Below, in pieces: positions 1-9,135 of a stretch of 33,922 nucleotides of DNA (position 1 is the first letter of the stretch; each line of letters begins with the position of its first letter). The stretch is from Myxococcota bacterium (GTDB taxonomy: Bacteria; Myxococcota_A; UBA796; GCA-2862545): the NCBI GenBank assembly GCA_039208735.1, contig JBCCQY010000101.1:1-33922 (forward strand). Direction: 5' to 3'. Made by a program: the position numbers and the translations under genes. Below the pieces are notes generated by a model, which was given only the letters and a program-made list of their open reading frames with translations, was not told where the DNA came from and made no database searches.

Positions 1-861
1 GTCGACGCCAACAGCAAGCTGTCGATCAGCGGGTCCGTCGCGGATGCGGTAGGGCCGGGCGTCGCCGGCTACCTCATTCAGTTCTTCTCGGCGCCGTACG
101 CCATCTTCATCGATGCCATGACCTACTTCGCCGCCGCCGGAATGTACGCGAGCATCCCCGACCACGAGCCCGCGCCGAATCCCCCGGCCCGTGACGCAGG
201 GCTCCTCCGGCGCGTGGCCGAGGGCCTCTCCACCCTCTGGGGGCACCGCGACCTGCGTGCGATCATGCTCTGTGGCGCCACCCACAACATCTGCTCCACC
301 GCCATTCGCGCGCTCTTCATCCTCTACATGAGCGACGAACTCGGCCTGGGCCCCGAAGCCGTCGGGCTGGTGTTTGCGTGCGGAGGCGTCGGTTCGATCG
401 TGGGCGGATCGCTGGCGCCGTGGCTGCAGCGCCGCTTTGGCACCCGCACGGCCTTGGTGGGATCCCAGTCGCTGACCGGGTTTGCGCGAGGCCTCATCCC
501 GGTCGCGGCCAGTTTTCCAGGGCTGGCGCTCCCCATTTTGTGCACCAGTTCAGGGCTGTTGGGCGTCGCGCGACCGGTCTTCAACGTCATCCAGCTGAGC
601 CTGAGAGGGCGGGCGGTGCCCGACCACCTGCAGGGACGGGTCACCGCTTCGTTTGGCTTTCTGATGTGGGGATTCACCCCGCTTGGCGCCTTGGTGGGAG
701 GCTACGCAGGAGCCACCTTCGGCATGCGACCCACGCTGATCGTAGCCGCGATCGGCGTGGTCCTCGCCACCGGGTGGTTGGCCTCGATCCGCGACGAATA
801 CCGTTTCAGTCCAGCGCCCGGGTCAGGTAATCGTGGGGAATCCGCAACATCTCCGGAATGA
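1..861 (+). CDS. MFS transporter (MFS_3/H+ antiporter-like), 5'-truncated by the window edge
   Basis: Frame is open from base 1 (VDANSKLSISGSVADAVGPGVAGYL...). Multiple TM helices; MFS loop motifs LQRRFGTR and VPDHLQGRV. Confidence 0.9.
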   Translation, partial: VDANSKLSISGSVADAVGPGVAGYLIQFFSAPYAIFIDAMTYFAAAGMYASIPDHEPAPNPPARDAGLLRRVAEGLSTLWGHRDLRAIMLCGATHNICSTAIRALFILYMSDELGLGPEAVGLVFACGGVGSIVGGSLAPWLQRRFGTRTALVGSQSLTGFARGLIPVAASFPGLALPILCTSSGLLGVARPVFNVIQLSLRGRAVPDHLQGRVTASFGFLMWGFTPLGALVGGYAGATFGMRPTLIVAAIGVVLATGWLASIRDEYRFSPAPGSGNRGESATSPE

Positions 862-2113
862 CGGCCACGAAGTTGCGCCGCGGACCGGCGCGTTCGGGAT
901 TGCGGAACGACCACACGACCTCCCGGCGAGCGTTCAACTCAAAGGCGTGGCCTTGGTTGCTTTCGGTGATGAGCAAGTGCCCCGCATCCAGTTCCTGGAC
1001 GGCTCCGAGGTAACGAGAACGTAACGGCGTCCCATCGATCTGGTCGATCCGCCACGCCTCTTCACCATCCTCCAATCCGAAGGCCCGAACGGCGCTTTGG
1101 TTCTCACCCAGACCAATGTTGTCGAAGACCATGAGGTGCCCGTCGCGTGTGATTTCGGGGTCGTGTTGTTCCCGGAACGGACCCTGCCACCACCACACCA
1201 CCTCTGCCGTGTCAGGATCGAGAACGACGAGCCCCGAAGGCGTCCGCATCGACAGCAACAGGTGACCCGGCTGAAAGGCAGGGTGGGCGTCCGCCATCGC
1301 GTCATCGAGTACCCGCAGGCTGTTCGTGTGGAACACGTCGCCGTCGGGGTACCCCGCCAGAAACGCCTCTCCAGCACTCGACGCGAGTACCGCATCGAGC
1401 AAGCTGATCTGAACCTCAGGGCACCCTTCAGCATCGAGGCGAGTCACGAAGTCCTCGAGCAAAGGCCGATGGTTGACGTCCCACCGCATGCGCGCCTGAC
1501 GGGAGAGCACCCAAACCCGTTCGTCGGGCAGCACCTCAAGATCGTGATGGGCTCCTCCGCCCCACGACCACACAACCTCAGAGTTCCAGTCAAGCCGGAT
1601 CAGTCCCTGGCCCTCGATGATGGCCAGCACATCGCCGTTGGGTCGCAAGGCCGCGCGACGCCAATATTGATGGTCTGACCTCCGATCATCGACGATGCGT
1701 TCGGGCCATAGAGCCTCAAACGGCATGCCCCAACGATGCCGCTCCTCGCCTTCGAGGTCCATGAGGACCGCCACGGCCCCATGTCCCGAGGTGTAGAACG
1801 CCAGCCCGTCCCGTGCGTCCGCCTCGTTCACCAACACCCCATCGACGAGCTTGGGAACTTCAAGACCAGCGACGTACCCCAGGTTCGCCAGCGCCATCAG
1901 CTCGGCCGACACCGCATCGTTGGCCGCACCGTCCTCAAGGTACCACCACAGTCCTCGCGCGGGCGACTCGGGCGGCGGCCCGCCATCGACGATGGGTGCC
2001 GCCGCAGGGTCCGGAACAGGACACCGCTGCCTGACCTCATCCGGCTCCGGGCTCTCCACCGGCTCGCTCGAAGGTGGCGGCGCACACCCTCCCAGCGCGA
2101 TGATCGTGAGCAT
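806..2113 (-). CDS. Arylsulfotransferase (ASST)-like beta-propeller lipoprotein
   Basis: Start re-called at ATG 2113 (GGGAGGG SD; MLTIIALGGC lipobox-like). ASST-type motifs AHHD, VFHTNS, QHDPE, VFDN. Confidence 0.8.
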   Translation of the reverse strand: MLTIIALGGCAPPPSSEPVESPEPDEVRQRCPVPDPAAAPIVDGGPPPESPARGLWWYLEDGAANDAVSAELMALANLGYVAGLEVPKLVDGVLVNEADARDGLAFYTSGHGAVAVLMDLEGEERHRWGMPFEALWPERIVDDRRSDHQYWRRAALRPNGDVLAIIEGQGLIRLDWNSEVVWSWGGGAHHDLEVLPDERVWVLSRQARMRWDVNHRPLLEDFVTRLDAEGCPEVQISLLDAVLASSAGEAFLAGYPDGDVFHTNSLRVLDDAMADAHPAFQPGHLLLSMRTPSGLVVLDPDTAEVVWWWQGPFREQHDPEITRDGHLMVFDNIGLGENQSAVRAFGLEDGEEAWRIDQIDGTPLRSRYLGAVQELDAGHLLITESNQGHAFELNARREVVWSFRNPERAGPRRNFVAVIPEMLRIPHDYLTRALD

Positions 2114-2136
2114 GTGGCCCTCCCTGGCGGCGCACT

Positions 2137-3594
2137 CTATCGGACGCGACCCGAGGGCGTCACCGGCCGAGTGTCGGGCACGACGAGGTGCGGCGGGAGC
2201 GGCGGCAATCCAAGGTCGGGATGCGCCCACACGTCGTAGTACCGCCGATGGTGCTGCTTGATCTTGCCCAGGTGGACGTAAGGAACCGAGGTTCCCTCAA
2301 GCCACACCCGATCCTCGGGGTATAGCAGCCACGTCGTGTTGGGTTGTCGAACCGTGGTGACGATGAGTTCGGGATCGGGCCACGCCTCGGGCGGTCCCGT
2401 CAGGCCCAAAGGATGCGTCTCGATCACCCGGTGCAAAGGGCCTATGCCATAGGCGAAGGCACCCGCGTCCCGGATCGCGACCGTCGAACCGGGTGGCAAT
2501 CGCTCAGCCAAGAACGCGGCCGCCTGAAGCGAGGCCCACGGTGCATCGACGCTGTGCTTGTGGTCGTCCTCGCGAACGGTGGACGGCAGCGGCGAAAGAT
2601 GAAGGAGCCCAAGTCCGACGACGAGGCTCAGACCGGCGGGTACGGCTCCCCTTCCGGGGCTCGCCGCAACGCCGGCCATCGCACAAGCGGAAAACACCCC
2701 TGCGGGCAGGAGCAGACGGCTGGCGGGCATCCATAGTTCGACCTGAAACGCCACCCCCACCAGCCCGACCGCCACGAGGACCAGCCCGAGCCCCTCCATG
2801 CGCCGAGGAAGGACCAGGGCAGCCCCGAGCAGACTCCACCCTACCCATGGCCACAGGACCCCATCGCGTCCGACGTAGCGAAGGTTTTCAACGAAGGAGA
2901 CGTCGGTGGTCTTGGCGAGTACCGGATGAGGAACCCAGGCGCCGTAGAACGCCAGGCGCCAGGCCTCCAGGACGACCAACGCCCCCACGAACCCGACGGC
3001 CACCTCCCGGCGGCGGTGGCGCAGGGCATCGAACGCCACGAACCACGCCCCCACCGCCATGCCCTCCGGCCGACAGAGGGCGAGGGCTACGCAGAGGACC
3101 GCGGTAAGCACCCGCCACGGGCCTTCCGCGGCAAATGTCGCCCATGCGGAAGCCACCAACAAGCACAACCACTGGGCAGTCTCAAGCCCGTTGGTGCACG
3201 CCACGACGACGTGGGGAGACAGCGCCAAGGTCGCCGGCGCAAGAAGCGTGGCGGGATGCCAGCGGCCGGCGAGGGTCGCCGCAAGTCCAGTGGCACACGG
3301 CAGCAACAGCAGCCCAAAGCCAAGGCCGGTCCAGGTCATAAACGGGTGCACCTCACCGGTCAGGACCAAGCCTAGGGCGAGCCACATCGTCCACAACGGG
3401 TTCGAAAACCCCTCTACGGACGGACCGTCGACGTTGAACACAAGCCCATGCCCGGCCACGAGGTGCGCTGCGTAGCGACCAGAAATCCACGCGTCATCGA
3501 CGGCGGAGCCAAGGGTTGGCAGAGCCAGGGCGACAAACGCGAGCCCGCAAACGACCCCACCGGGCCCAAGCCATCGTAGAGCAGCGAAGGGCAT
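2137..3594 (-). CDS. Polytopic membrane protein, GT-C-type glycosyltransferase (AftB/PMT-like)
   Basis: VDDAWISGRYAAHLVAGHGLVFN...VEGFSNPLW after the first TM helix, plus GLET and RPEG motifs and about 10 or more TM segments. Confidence 0.75.
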   Translation of the reverse strand: MPFAALRWLGPGGVVCGLAFVALALPTLGSAVDDAWISGRYAAHLVAGHGLVFNVDGPSVEGFSNPLWTMWLALGLVLTGEVHPFMTWTGLGFGLLLLPCATGLAATLAGRWHPATLLAPATLALSPHVVVACTNGLETAQWLCLLVASAWATFAAEGPWRVLTAVLCVALALCRPEGMAVGAWFVAFDALRHRRREVAVGFVGALVVLEAWRLAFYGAWVPHPVLAKTTDVSFVENLRYVGRDGVLWPWVGWSLLGAALVLPRRMEGLGLVLVAVGLVGVAFQVELWMPASRLLLPAGVFSACAMAGVAASPGRGAVPAGLSLVVGLGLLHLSPLPSTVREDDHKHSVDAPWASLQAAAFLAERLPPGSTVAIRDAGAFAYGIGPLHRVIETHPLGLTGPPEAWPDPELIVTTVRQPNTTWLLYPEDRVWLEGTSVPYVHLGKIKQHHRRYYDVWAHPDLGLPPLPPHLVVPDTRPVTPSGRVR

Positions 3595-3632
3595 GGGCCC
3601 CTGCTAGCTGGCGGGTAGTGTGGGAGTCCACC

Positions 3633-4914
3633 ATGGTTCCTCTTGCGGTTGCGTTTGTCGCCTGTCAGCCGAGTCGTCCAAAGCCCGCCAACATTGTGGT
3701 TGTAGTGCTCGACACCGTTCGCGCAGACCACCTGTCGACCTATGGCTATGCCCGCGAGACCACCCCGAATCTGACGCGCTTCGTCGCCAACGCAACGCAG
3801 TACCCACGGGCCTTCAGCAGCGCCCCTTGGACCCTGCCTTCGCATGCTTCGCTGTTCACAGGACGCCCCCCCCTTTGAGCACGGAGCCCACCTGGGGCCC
3901 GACGGGCAAGCTCAAGCGTACGACGGCCGCTTTCCGACCTTGGCCGAAGAGCTGAAGGACGCCGGGTACCGAACCGGGGCGTTCGTCGCCAACATCGGTT
4001 TTCTGGCGCCTCGGTGGGGACTTTCGCGAGGGTTCGATCGCTACGAGGTGATCGAAAGCCGGGCCTCCGAGATCACAGAGCACGCCCTGGACTGGCTCAA
4101 CGCCCCGTCCGACGCCCCCCAATTCCTCTTCTTGAACTACCTCGACGCCCACCGACCCTACCATACCGAGGTTCCAAGACCCGATGTCGTGGGCTATGCA
4201 GTTCCTGACACAATGGGCCCACTCGATGCATTAAAAGCCGAGGTTCTACCAGGCAAGCGCGACGCGCAACCGTCCCTCGTGTCGACGACGGAAGACCAAT
4301 ACGACACCGCACTGGCCAACCTCGATGCCGGACTGGGTCCGCTGCTCGATCGACTCGCCGCTGAATCCAACACGGTGGTGGTCATCACCTCGGACCATGG
4401 CGAGTTCTTGGGCGAGCACCGCTGGGCCGAGCACCCGCGGGACGTCTATGGGCCCGGCATCGCCGTGCCTTTGTTCATCCGGGAACCCAAGGTCGGTGGA
4501 GGCTCCGTCGACGACGTGACCTTTTCCCACGATCTGCCTGCGTTGATCCAAAGGGCCGCCGGTCTTCCCCAACCCTTTCCGCCGGGCCGTTGGCCGCTCG
4601 CAGAGCTGTATTACGACCACGCCCACTACCTGACGCGTCCCGATCTCGCGGCCCGCATGACCCGCGTACGTCGCGCCTGGATCGAATGGCCCGACAAACT
4701 CATCGTGAGCGAGCGCTCGGACAAGACGGACGTGGTGGAGCTGTACGACCTTGCAAACGATCCGGAAGAACGCCACAACCGAGCCTTGCTCGAGCCCAGG
4801 CGGGTGACCGAGCTGCGACGGAAGCTTCCGCCCCTCGTTCACGTGCAGCCTGCCTCGGTGGAGCTTTCACCGGAGGAACGCGCTCAACTCAAAGCCTTGG
4901 GGTACCTCGAGTAG
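3633..4914 (+). pseudogene. Sulfatase-like (alkaline phosphatase superfamily) lipoprotein, frameshifted at a C8 run; either a real pseudogene or a sequencing error
   Basis: Frame A (3633-3878): lipobox FVAC, NIVVVVLDTVRADHL, SAPWTLPSHASLFTG. Frame B (to 4914): TLAEELKDAGYRT, YLDAHRPY, TSDHGE, ELYDLANDPEE, LKALGY. Removing one C from 3866-3873 gives a single 426-aa ORF. Confidence 0.85.
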
Positions 4915-4977
4915 GGCATGGCTCCGACGATGTCGATCTCACCGGGGCTCGAACGTCGATCAAGCAGGAGGTCCACA

Positions 4978-5298
4978 ATGAATGGACAAGACCTATTTTG
5001 GCGGCTCGCCGATGAGCTGGCCGCCGAGGACTCGCGCATCGTCGAAGGCACCATCATGAACGGACGCTGCCTTCGGGTGAGCGGAGAGTTCCTCGCACTG
5101 CCCGATTTCAAAGGGTCCGGCATGGTGGTGAAGCTGCCCAAGCCCCGGGTGGCGCAACTCATCGAACAAGGCGTCGCGGAGCCGTTCGCGCCGAACGGGC
5201 GGGTGTTCAAGGAGTGGGCGGGGATTCCTGATGTCGACGAGGAGGTTTGGCGCGCCCTGTTGCTCGAAGGTGTCGCGTTCGTCGCCCCGTCAGGGTGA
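4978..5298 (+). CDS. Small TfoX-N / YjbR-like protein
   Basis: CAGGAGG SD before ATG 4978. Pattern M.GRCLRVSGEF...MVVKLP..RV..LIE.G.AEPF.PNGRVFKEW. Confidence 0.65.
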   Translation: MNGQDLFWRLADELAAEDSRIVEGTIMNGRCLRVSGEFLALPDFKGSGMVVKLPKPRVAQLIEQGVAEPFAPNGRVFKEWAGIPDVDEEVWRALLLEGVAFVAPSG

Positions 5299-5592
5299 AG
5301 CGGGGGTCTTCGGCGCGGGGTCCAGGGTGACCGTGGTGGTGAGCGTCGTGGGACGCTCCCCATCCGCATCGAGGGTGAGCGAGGCCGACACGCCGACTTG
5401 GTTTTCGTCCCAATCCGCCTTCACGACCGCCTCGAGATTGGCATCCTCCATCCCTTCGACGAGCGCGCCCCCTGCGGCTTCGAGATCGGCCGGCGTCACT
5501 TCGGCCAGGGAAGCCAATGTGGTCCGCCCTCCCTCGGAGCCAAGCAACAGGGCGACCCCAGCCCCCAGAGCAAGCTTGATGAGGCGTGTCAC
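5290..5592 (-). CDS. Hypothetical small secreted or membrane-anchored acidic protein
   Basis: GGGAGGG SD before GTG 5592. Hydrophobic N-terminus (LIKLALGAGVALLLG); GC-rich third codon positions. Confidence 0.55.
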   Translation of the reverse strand: MTRLIKLALGAGVALLLGSEGGRTTLASLAEVTPADLEAAGGALVEGMEDANLEAVVKADWDENQVGVSASLTLDADGERPTTLTTTVTLDPAPKTPASP

Positions 5593-5840
5593 GAGAACCC
5601 TCCCCGAAGGCTGATGGTGCACAACCTCCGCGAGTGCTCACTTCGGTTCGGCCGGTTCTGGAAGGGTTGTTCGAGAGTCGCGCCTTAACAAACACCCTTG
5701 CACGGCCACAGTCAGGCCGGCCGCCGACGTTGTGTACGCGTTCTCCGGTCCGGACATGGGGTTTGGACATCACGGCGCCGGCGGCCCGTCGATACTTTGC
5801 CGAAATCGCCACAACGCTCACTCCGCTGTCGACATCGAGG

Positions 5841-6770
5841 TCACGCCCTGACCGAAGTCAGGGAAACCTGGGTCGCCAACCGCTCCCGAAACCACCGGTG
5901 TCCGGGGTCCGCATTGAATCGCTCGTGCCAAAAGCTCGCCACCGAGTGGGCGGGGACTGGCAGGGGCAGCTCGCGCACTTCGATGGCTCCATCGACCGGC
6001 AAGGTACGCACCAGCGTGGTCGGCGCCGTGAGCACGAGATCGGTGTCCTCGATGAGCTTAGGTGCATTGACGAAATCGGGCAGGCGTAAGCCAATGCGGC
6101 GTTTCAGACCACGCTCGGCCAGCCGCACATCGACGATGCTGCGTCCATCGCCCTGGGGCGAAACCATGGCATGCGTTGCAGCCACGTAGGCCTCGAGCGT
6201 CCAGTCCTCCGCAGCGGGGCCGTCCCGGCCGACAAAACACGAAAAGGTGTCGCGCAACAGCGTCCGCGCGACGATGCCGGGCGGGGCTTCGACCTGTTCT
6301 CGAGCCAGAATGGCAAGATCGAGTTCGCCGGTCGTTAGTCCCTCGACGATTCCAGGCCCCGCAAATGGACGAATCGAGAGCCCGATCCCCGGCGCATCCC
6401 TCCGCAGCCGAGCCGCCAGCTTGGGCAACGCGGCGACGAGAAAGAGATCGGGCGCCGCGATGCGAAACGTGCGCTCTGCTGTGGAGGGGTCGAAGTGGAC
6501 CGGTGCCAGCACCTGGGCCAGCGTGCGCAGCCCACTTTGGAGGGTCGGGGCCAGCGCTTCAGCCCGTGGCGTAAGGACCATGGCTCCGCCAGCGCGAACG
6601 AGCAGCGGGTCGTCAAACACCTGGCGCAAGCGCCGGAGGGTGTGGCTCATGGCCGATTGCGAGACCCCCACCCGTTTTGCCGCCCGTGTCACGCTGACCT
6701 CGTCGATGAGCGCATCCAAGGCGGTCAATAAGTTGAGATCGATGTCGCCTAGTTCATGAACGTCCTTCAT
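5841..6770 (-). CDS. LysR-family regulator (NodD/MexT/LeuO-like)
   Basis: DLNLLTALDALIDEVSVTRAAKRVGVSQSAMSHTLRRLRQVFDDPLLVR HTH; C-terminal WHERFNADPGHRWFRE. Exact start uncertain. Confidence 0.95.
   Translation of the reverse strand: MKDVHELGDIDLNLLTALDALIDEVSVTRAAKRVGVSQSAMSHTLRRLRQVFDDPLLVRAGGAMVLTPRAEALAPTLQSGLRTLAQVLAPVHFDPSTAERTFRIAAPDLFLVAALPKLAARLRRDAPGIGLSIRPFAGPGIVEGLTTGELDLAILAREQVEAPPGIVARTLLRDTFSCFVGRDGPAAEDWTLEAYVAATHAMVSPQGDGRSIVDVRLAERGLKRRIGLRLPDFVNAPKLIEDTDLVLTAPTTLVRTLPVDGAIEVRELPLPVPAHSVASFWHERFNADPGHRWFRERLATQVSLTSVRA
6756..6770. promoter_or_regulatory. Putative LysR box ATGAA-N5-TTCAT (T-N11-A)
   Basis: Perfect 5-bp dyad with T-N11-A spacing over the lysR start, about 75 bp upstream of the divergent reductase. 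Confidence 0.55.
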
Positions 6771-6845
6771 GGTTACATGGTACTGAACCATCTGACTCAT
6801 GGCGATCCGCAGCGTACGTCTCCTTCATCGAACGGAGGTCGAATC

Positions 6846-7478
6846 ATGAAGTCGCTACTGCTTTTTGGGGCCACTGGGGGCACGGGTCGTGCCGTGCTGG
6901 ATCAAGCACTCGCCGCCGGTCACCGCGTCACCGCGATGGTGCGGGACGCTGCGCGGCTGCCGCTACAGCACCCTCACCTCACCGTCTTGGAAGGCGATGG
7001 GACCGACGCCCAGCGTATCGCCGAGGTGTTGCCCGGGCACGACGTTGTGATCTCCACGGTTGGGGCTCCTCCCAGCTCCCGGGCTGGCGTGCGGGAGTCG
7101 TGCACCCGAGCGCAAATCGAGGCCATGCAGGCGCAGAAGGTGCGGCGGCTCATTAGTCTTTCGACCCACGGCGTGGGAGAGAGCCGCAACGACCTGCCGT
7201 GGTTCATGAAGCTCTTCATTGTGCCCTTCATCTTGCGACGCGCCTTCGCTGACCATGAGGCCCAGGAGGCCCTGGTTCGGCAGAGTGATCTGGACTGGAC
7301 GCTCGTAAAGCCGACGAACCTCACGGATGACCCGGCGTCCGGTGACTACGCGCATGGCTTTGTCAACGTGCCGAAGGGACGATCGATGAAGGTGCCGCGA
7401 GCCGACGTCGCCGCCTTCATCGTCGCCCAGATCGACAGTGACGCCTATGTCGGCAAGGAGCCGGGCATCACCAGTTGA
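6846..7478 (+). CDS. NAD(P)H-binding oxidoreductase (flavin reductase / biliverdin reductase B-like atypical SDR)
   Basis: ACGGAGG SD. Rossmann motif LFGATGGTG; SDLDWTLVKP; RADVAAF. Confidence 0.9.
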   Translation: MKSLLLFGATGGTGRAVLDQALAAGHRVTAMVRDAARLPLQHPHLTVLEGDGTDAQRIAEVLPGHDVVISTVGAPPSSRAGVRESCTRAQIEAMQAQKVRRLISLSTHGVGESRNDLPWFMKLFIVPFILRRAFADHEAQEALVRQSDLDWTLVKPTNLTDDPASGDYAHGFVNVPKGRSMKVPRADVAAFIVAQIDSDAYVGKEPGITS

Positions 7479-7540
7479 TCACGCCCGTGTGATGGCACCC
7501 TGGAACGACGAGCGGTAGCCCAGCGTCAGGAGAGGATGCA

Positions 7541-8263
7541 ATGACGCTGCACGATCTCGATGTCCGGCTGCCCGATGGGGACATTCAGCTGTTGAACCCA
7601 AAGAATCAGGCGTTCCTTCAGGGTGCTGGGGAACCGCAACTCGGCGGGTCGGGCGTCGTGCTCACCTGGGTGGGCCGCGCCATGATGGCGCTCTTCGGCG
7701 CGCTCTTGCTTCTGATCTTGGGCTTTACCACCATGATGACGGTGTGGGACTCCTCGCTCGCGACTGCGACCCAGGCGACGGTCCAACACCGCGAGGGCGA
7801 CGACGTCACCTACACGTTCGACGTCGACGGCGCGACGGTGACCGCGACCCAGGGTGGCTGGTTCAAGCCTGTCTACGGTAGCCCTGGCAAAACCATCGAC
7901 ATTCGCTACCTCAATGCATCGCCATCATGGACGTTGCTCGAGCTCAACTTCGAAAAAACCGACTGGTTCACGTTCGTTGGCATCGTCGGATTTCTGGGCA
8001 TCTTGACCTACGCCGGCTGGGCGTTGATTCGAGACTCCCAACGGATGCAGCGCCTCGGAGAACACGCCACCCACGTGCTGCCCGGCCAACTCGTGCTCGA
8101 GATTCCAGGGCCCAAGGGGTCTCGCAACTACGTCTACGAGTTCACGGCCCCGGACAACAAGACCCTTCGAGGCACGGTCCCGGTTGGCGCGATGGTGCGG
8201 TACTCCGTGCCGTCGCCCGTTGCCGTGCTGTATGCCAACGCTCGCACCCACCACATGCTGTGA
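7541..8263 (+). CDS. Hypothetical two-TM membrane protein (DUF3592-like layout)
   Basis: GGAGAGG SD. TM helix, beta-rich loop (VTYTFDVDG...IDIRY), second TM helix, then a second similar module (YVYEFTAPD...VAVLY). Confidence 0.6.
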   Translation: MTLHDLDVRLPDGDIQLLNPKNQAFLQGAGEPQLGGSGVVLTWVGRAMMALFGALLLLILGFTTMMTVWDSSLATATQATVQHREGDDVTYTFDVDGATVTATQGGWFKPVYGSPGKTIDIRYLNASPSWTLLELNFEKTDWFTFVGIVGFLGILTYAGWALIRDSQRMQRLGEHATHVLPGQLVLEIPGPKGSRNYVYEFTAPDNKTLRGTVPVGAMVRYSVPSPVAVLYANARTHHML

Positions 8264-8266
8264 TCA

Positions 8267-9064
8267 TCAGGATGCGGGCTTCGTCACCACGTTGAACTGG
8301 CCTGCGTTGCGAGCGATCTCCAGCTCGATCTCTGCCTCGCTGGCCCACGGCGGCCCAAAGAACGCAGGCCGCGCGAACGGCACGGTGAGCCCCTTGGCAA
8401 ACGAGGGGCGCTGATGCAGTCGATCGATCCACGCCCGAAGATGCGACATCTGGGAAATGTCGGCATTCGCCCAATACGCACTCGCACAATAGGCGAAACA
8501 CGCCACGTCAACCAGGGTGATGGCCGGTCCGAGCACGAAGGGGCCACCCGAAACGGCCAATTGATCGTCCAGCACCCCGAGGAGACGCTCGGCTTCCGCA
8601 ATGAAGCGCCCGATCGCGAACGGGTCGTCGTGGCCGCGAACTTTCGCGATGCGTTGGAAGTACATCGCCTGACCCATGGCGGGTCCCAGTCCACTCACCT
8701 GCCAATACAGCCACTGCTTGACGTTCAGGTGGGCGGCCAGGTCGTCCTCGGCACGAGGCAGCAGCGAGCTTTGGTAGCGCGTGGCCGCGTACTCGAGAAT
8801 CGCGCCACTCTCGGCAACCGCCACTCCCCGTGCCCGGTCGAGCAAGGCGGGAATGCGACCATTCGGATTGATGGCCAAAAACGGCTTGCTGCGCTGTTCG
8901 TTCTTGGCAAAGTCCACGAGGGCCCAGTCATAAGGAACGCCCATCTCCTCAAACACAATGGGCAACTTCCAACCGTTCTGGGTCGCGTAGATGAGGCAGC
9001 ACACCTCGCTGTGCGTGCTCGGCTCGTTCGCCTCTTCAAGCGGTACCTGTCGTCCCAGCGACAT
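8267..9064 (-). CDS. Glutathione S-transferase, Nu-class / YfcG-YghU / Ure2-like
   Basis: GGGAGG SD before ATG 9064. TQNGWK, FLAINPNGRIPAL, ESGAILEY, QWLYWQVSGLGPAMGQ. Confidence 0.9.
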   Translation of the reverse strand: MSLGRQVPLEEANEPSTHSEVCCLIYATQNGWKLPIVFEEMGVPYDWALVDFAKNEQRSKPFLAINPNGRIPALLDRARGVAVAESGAILEYAATRYQSSLLPRAEDDLAAHLNVKQWLYWQVSGLGPAMGQAMYFQRIAKVRGHDDPFAIGRFIAEAERLLGVLDDQLAVSGGPFVLGPAITLVDVACFAYCASAYWANADISQMSHLRAWIDRLHQRPSFAKGLTVPFARPAFFGPPWASEAEIELEIARNAGQFNVVTKPAS

Positions 9065-9135
9065 CCGCACCTCCCGCAGCCAGGCCCGTAGTGACCTCAT
9101 GGATAGAATGACGCCGTCATCCAGAGGAGATCTCG

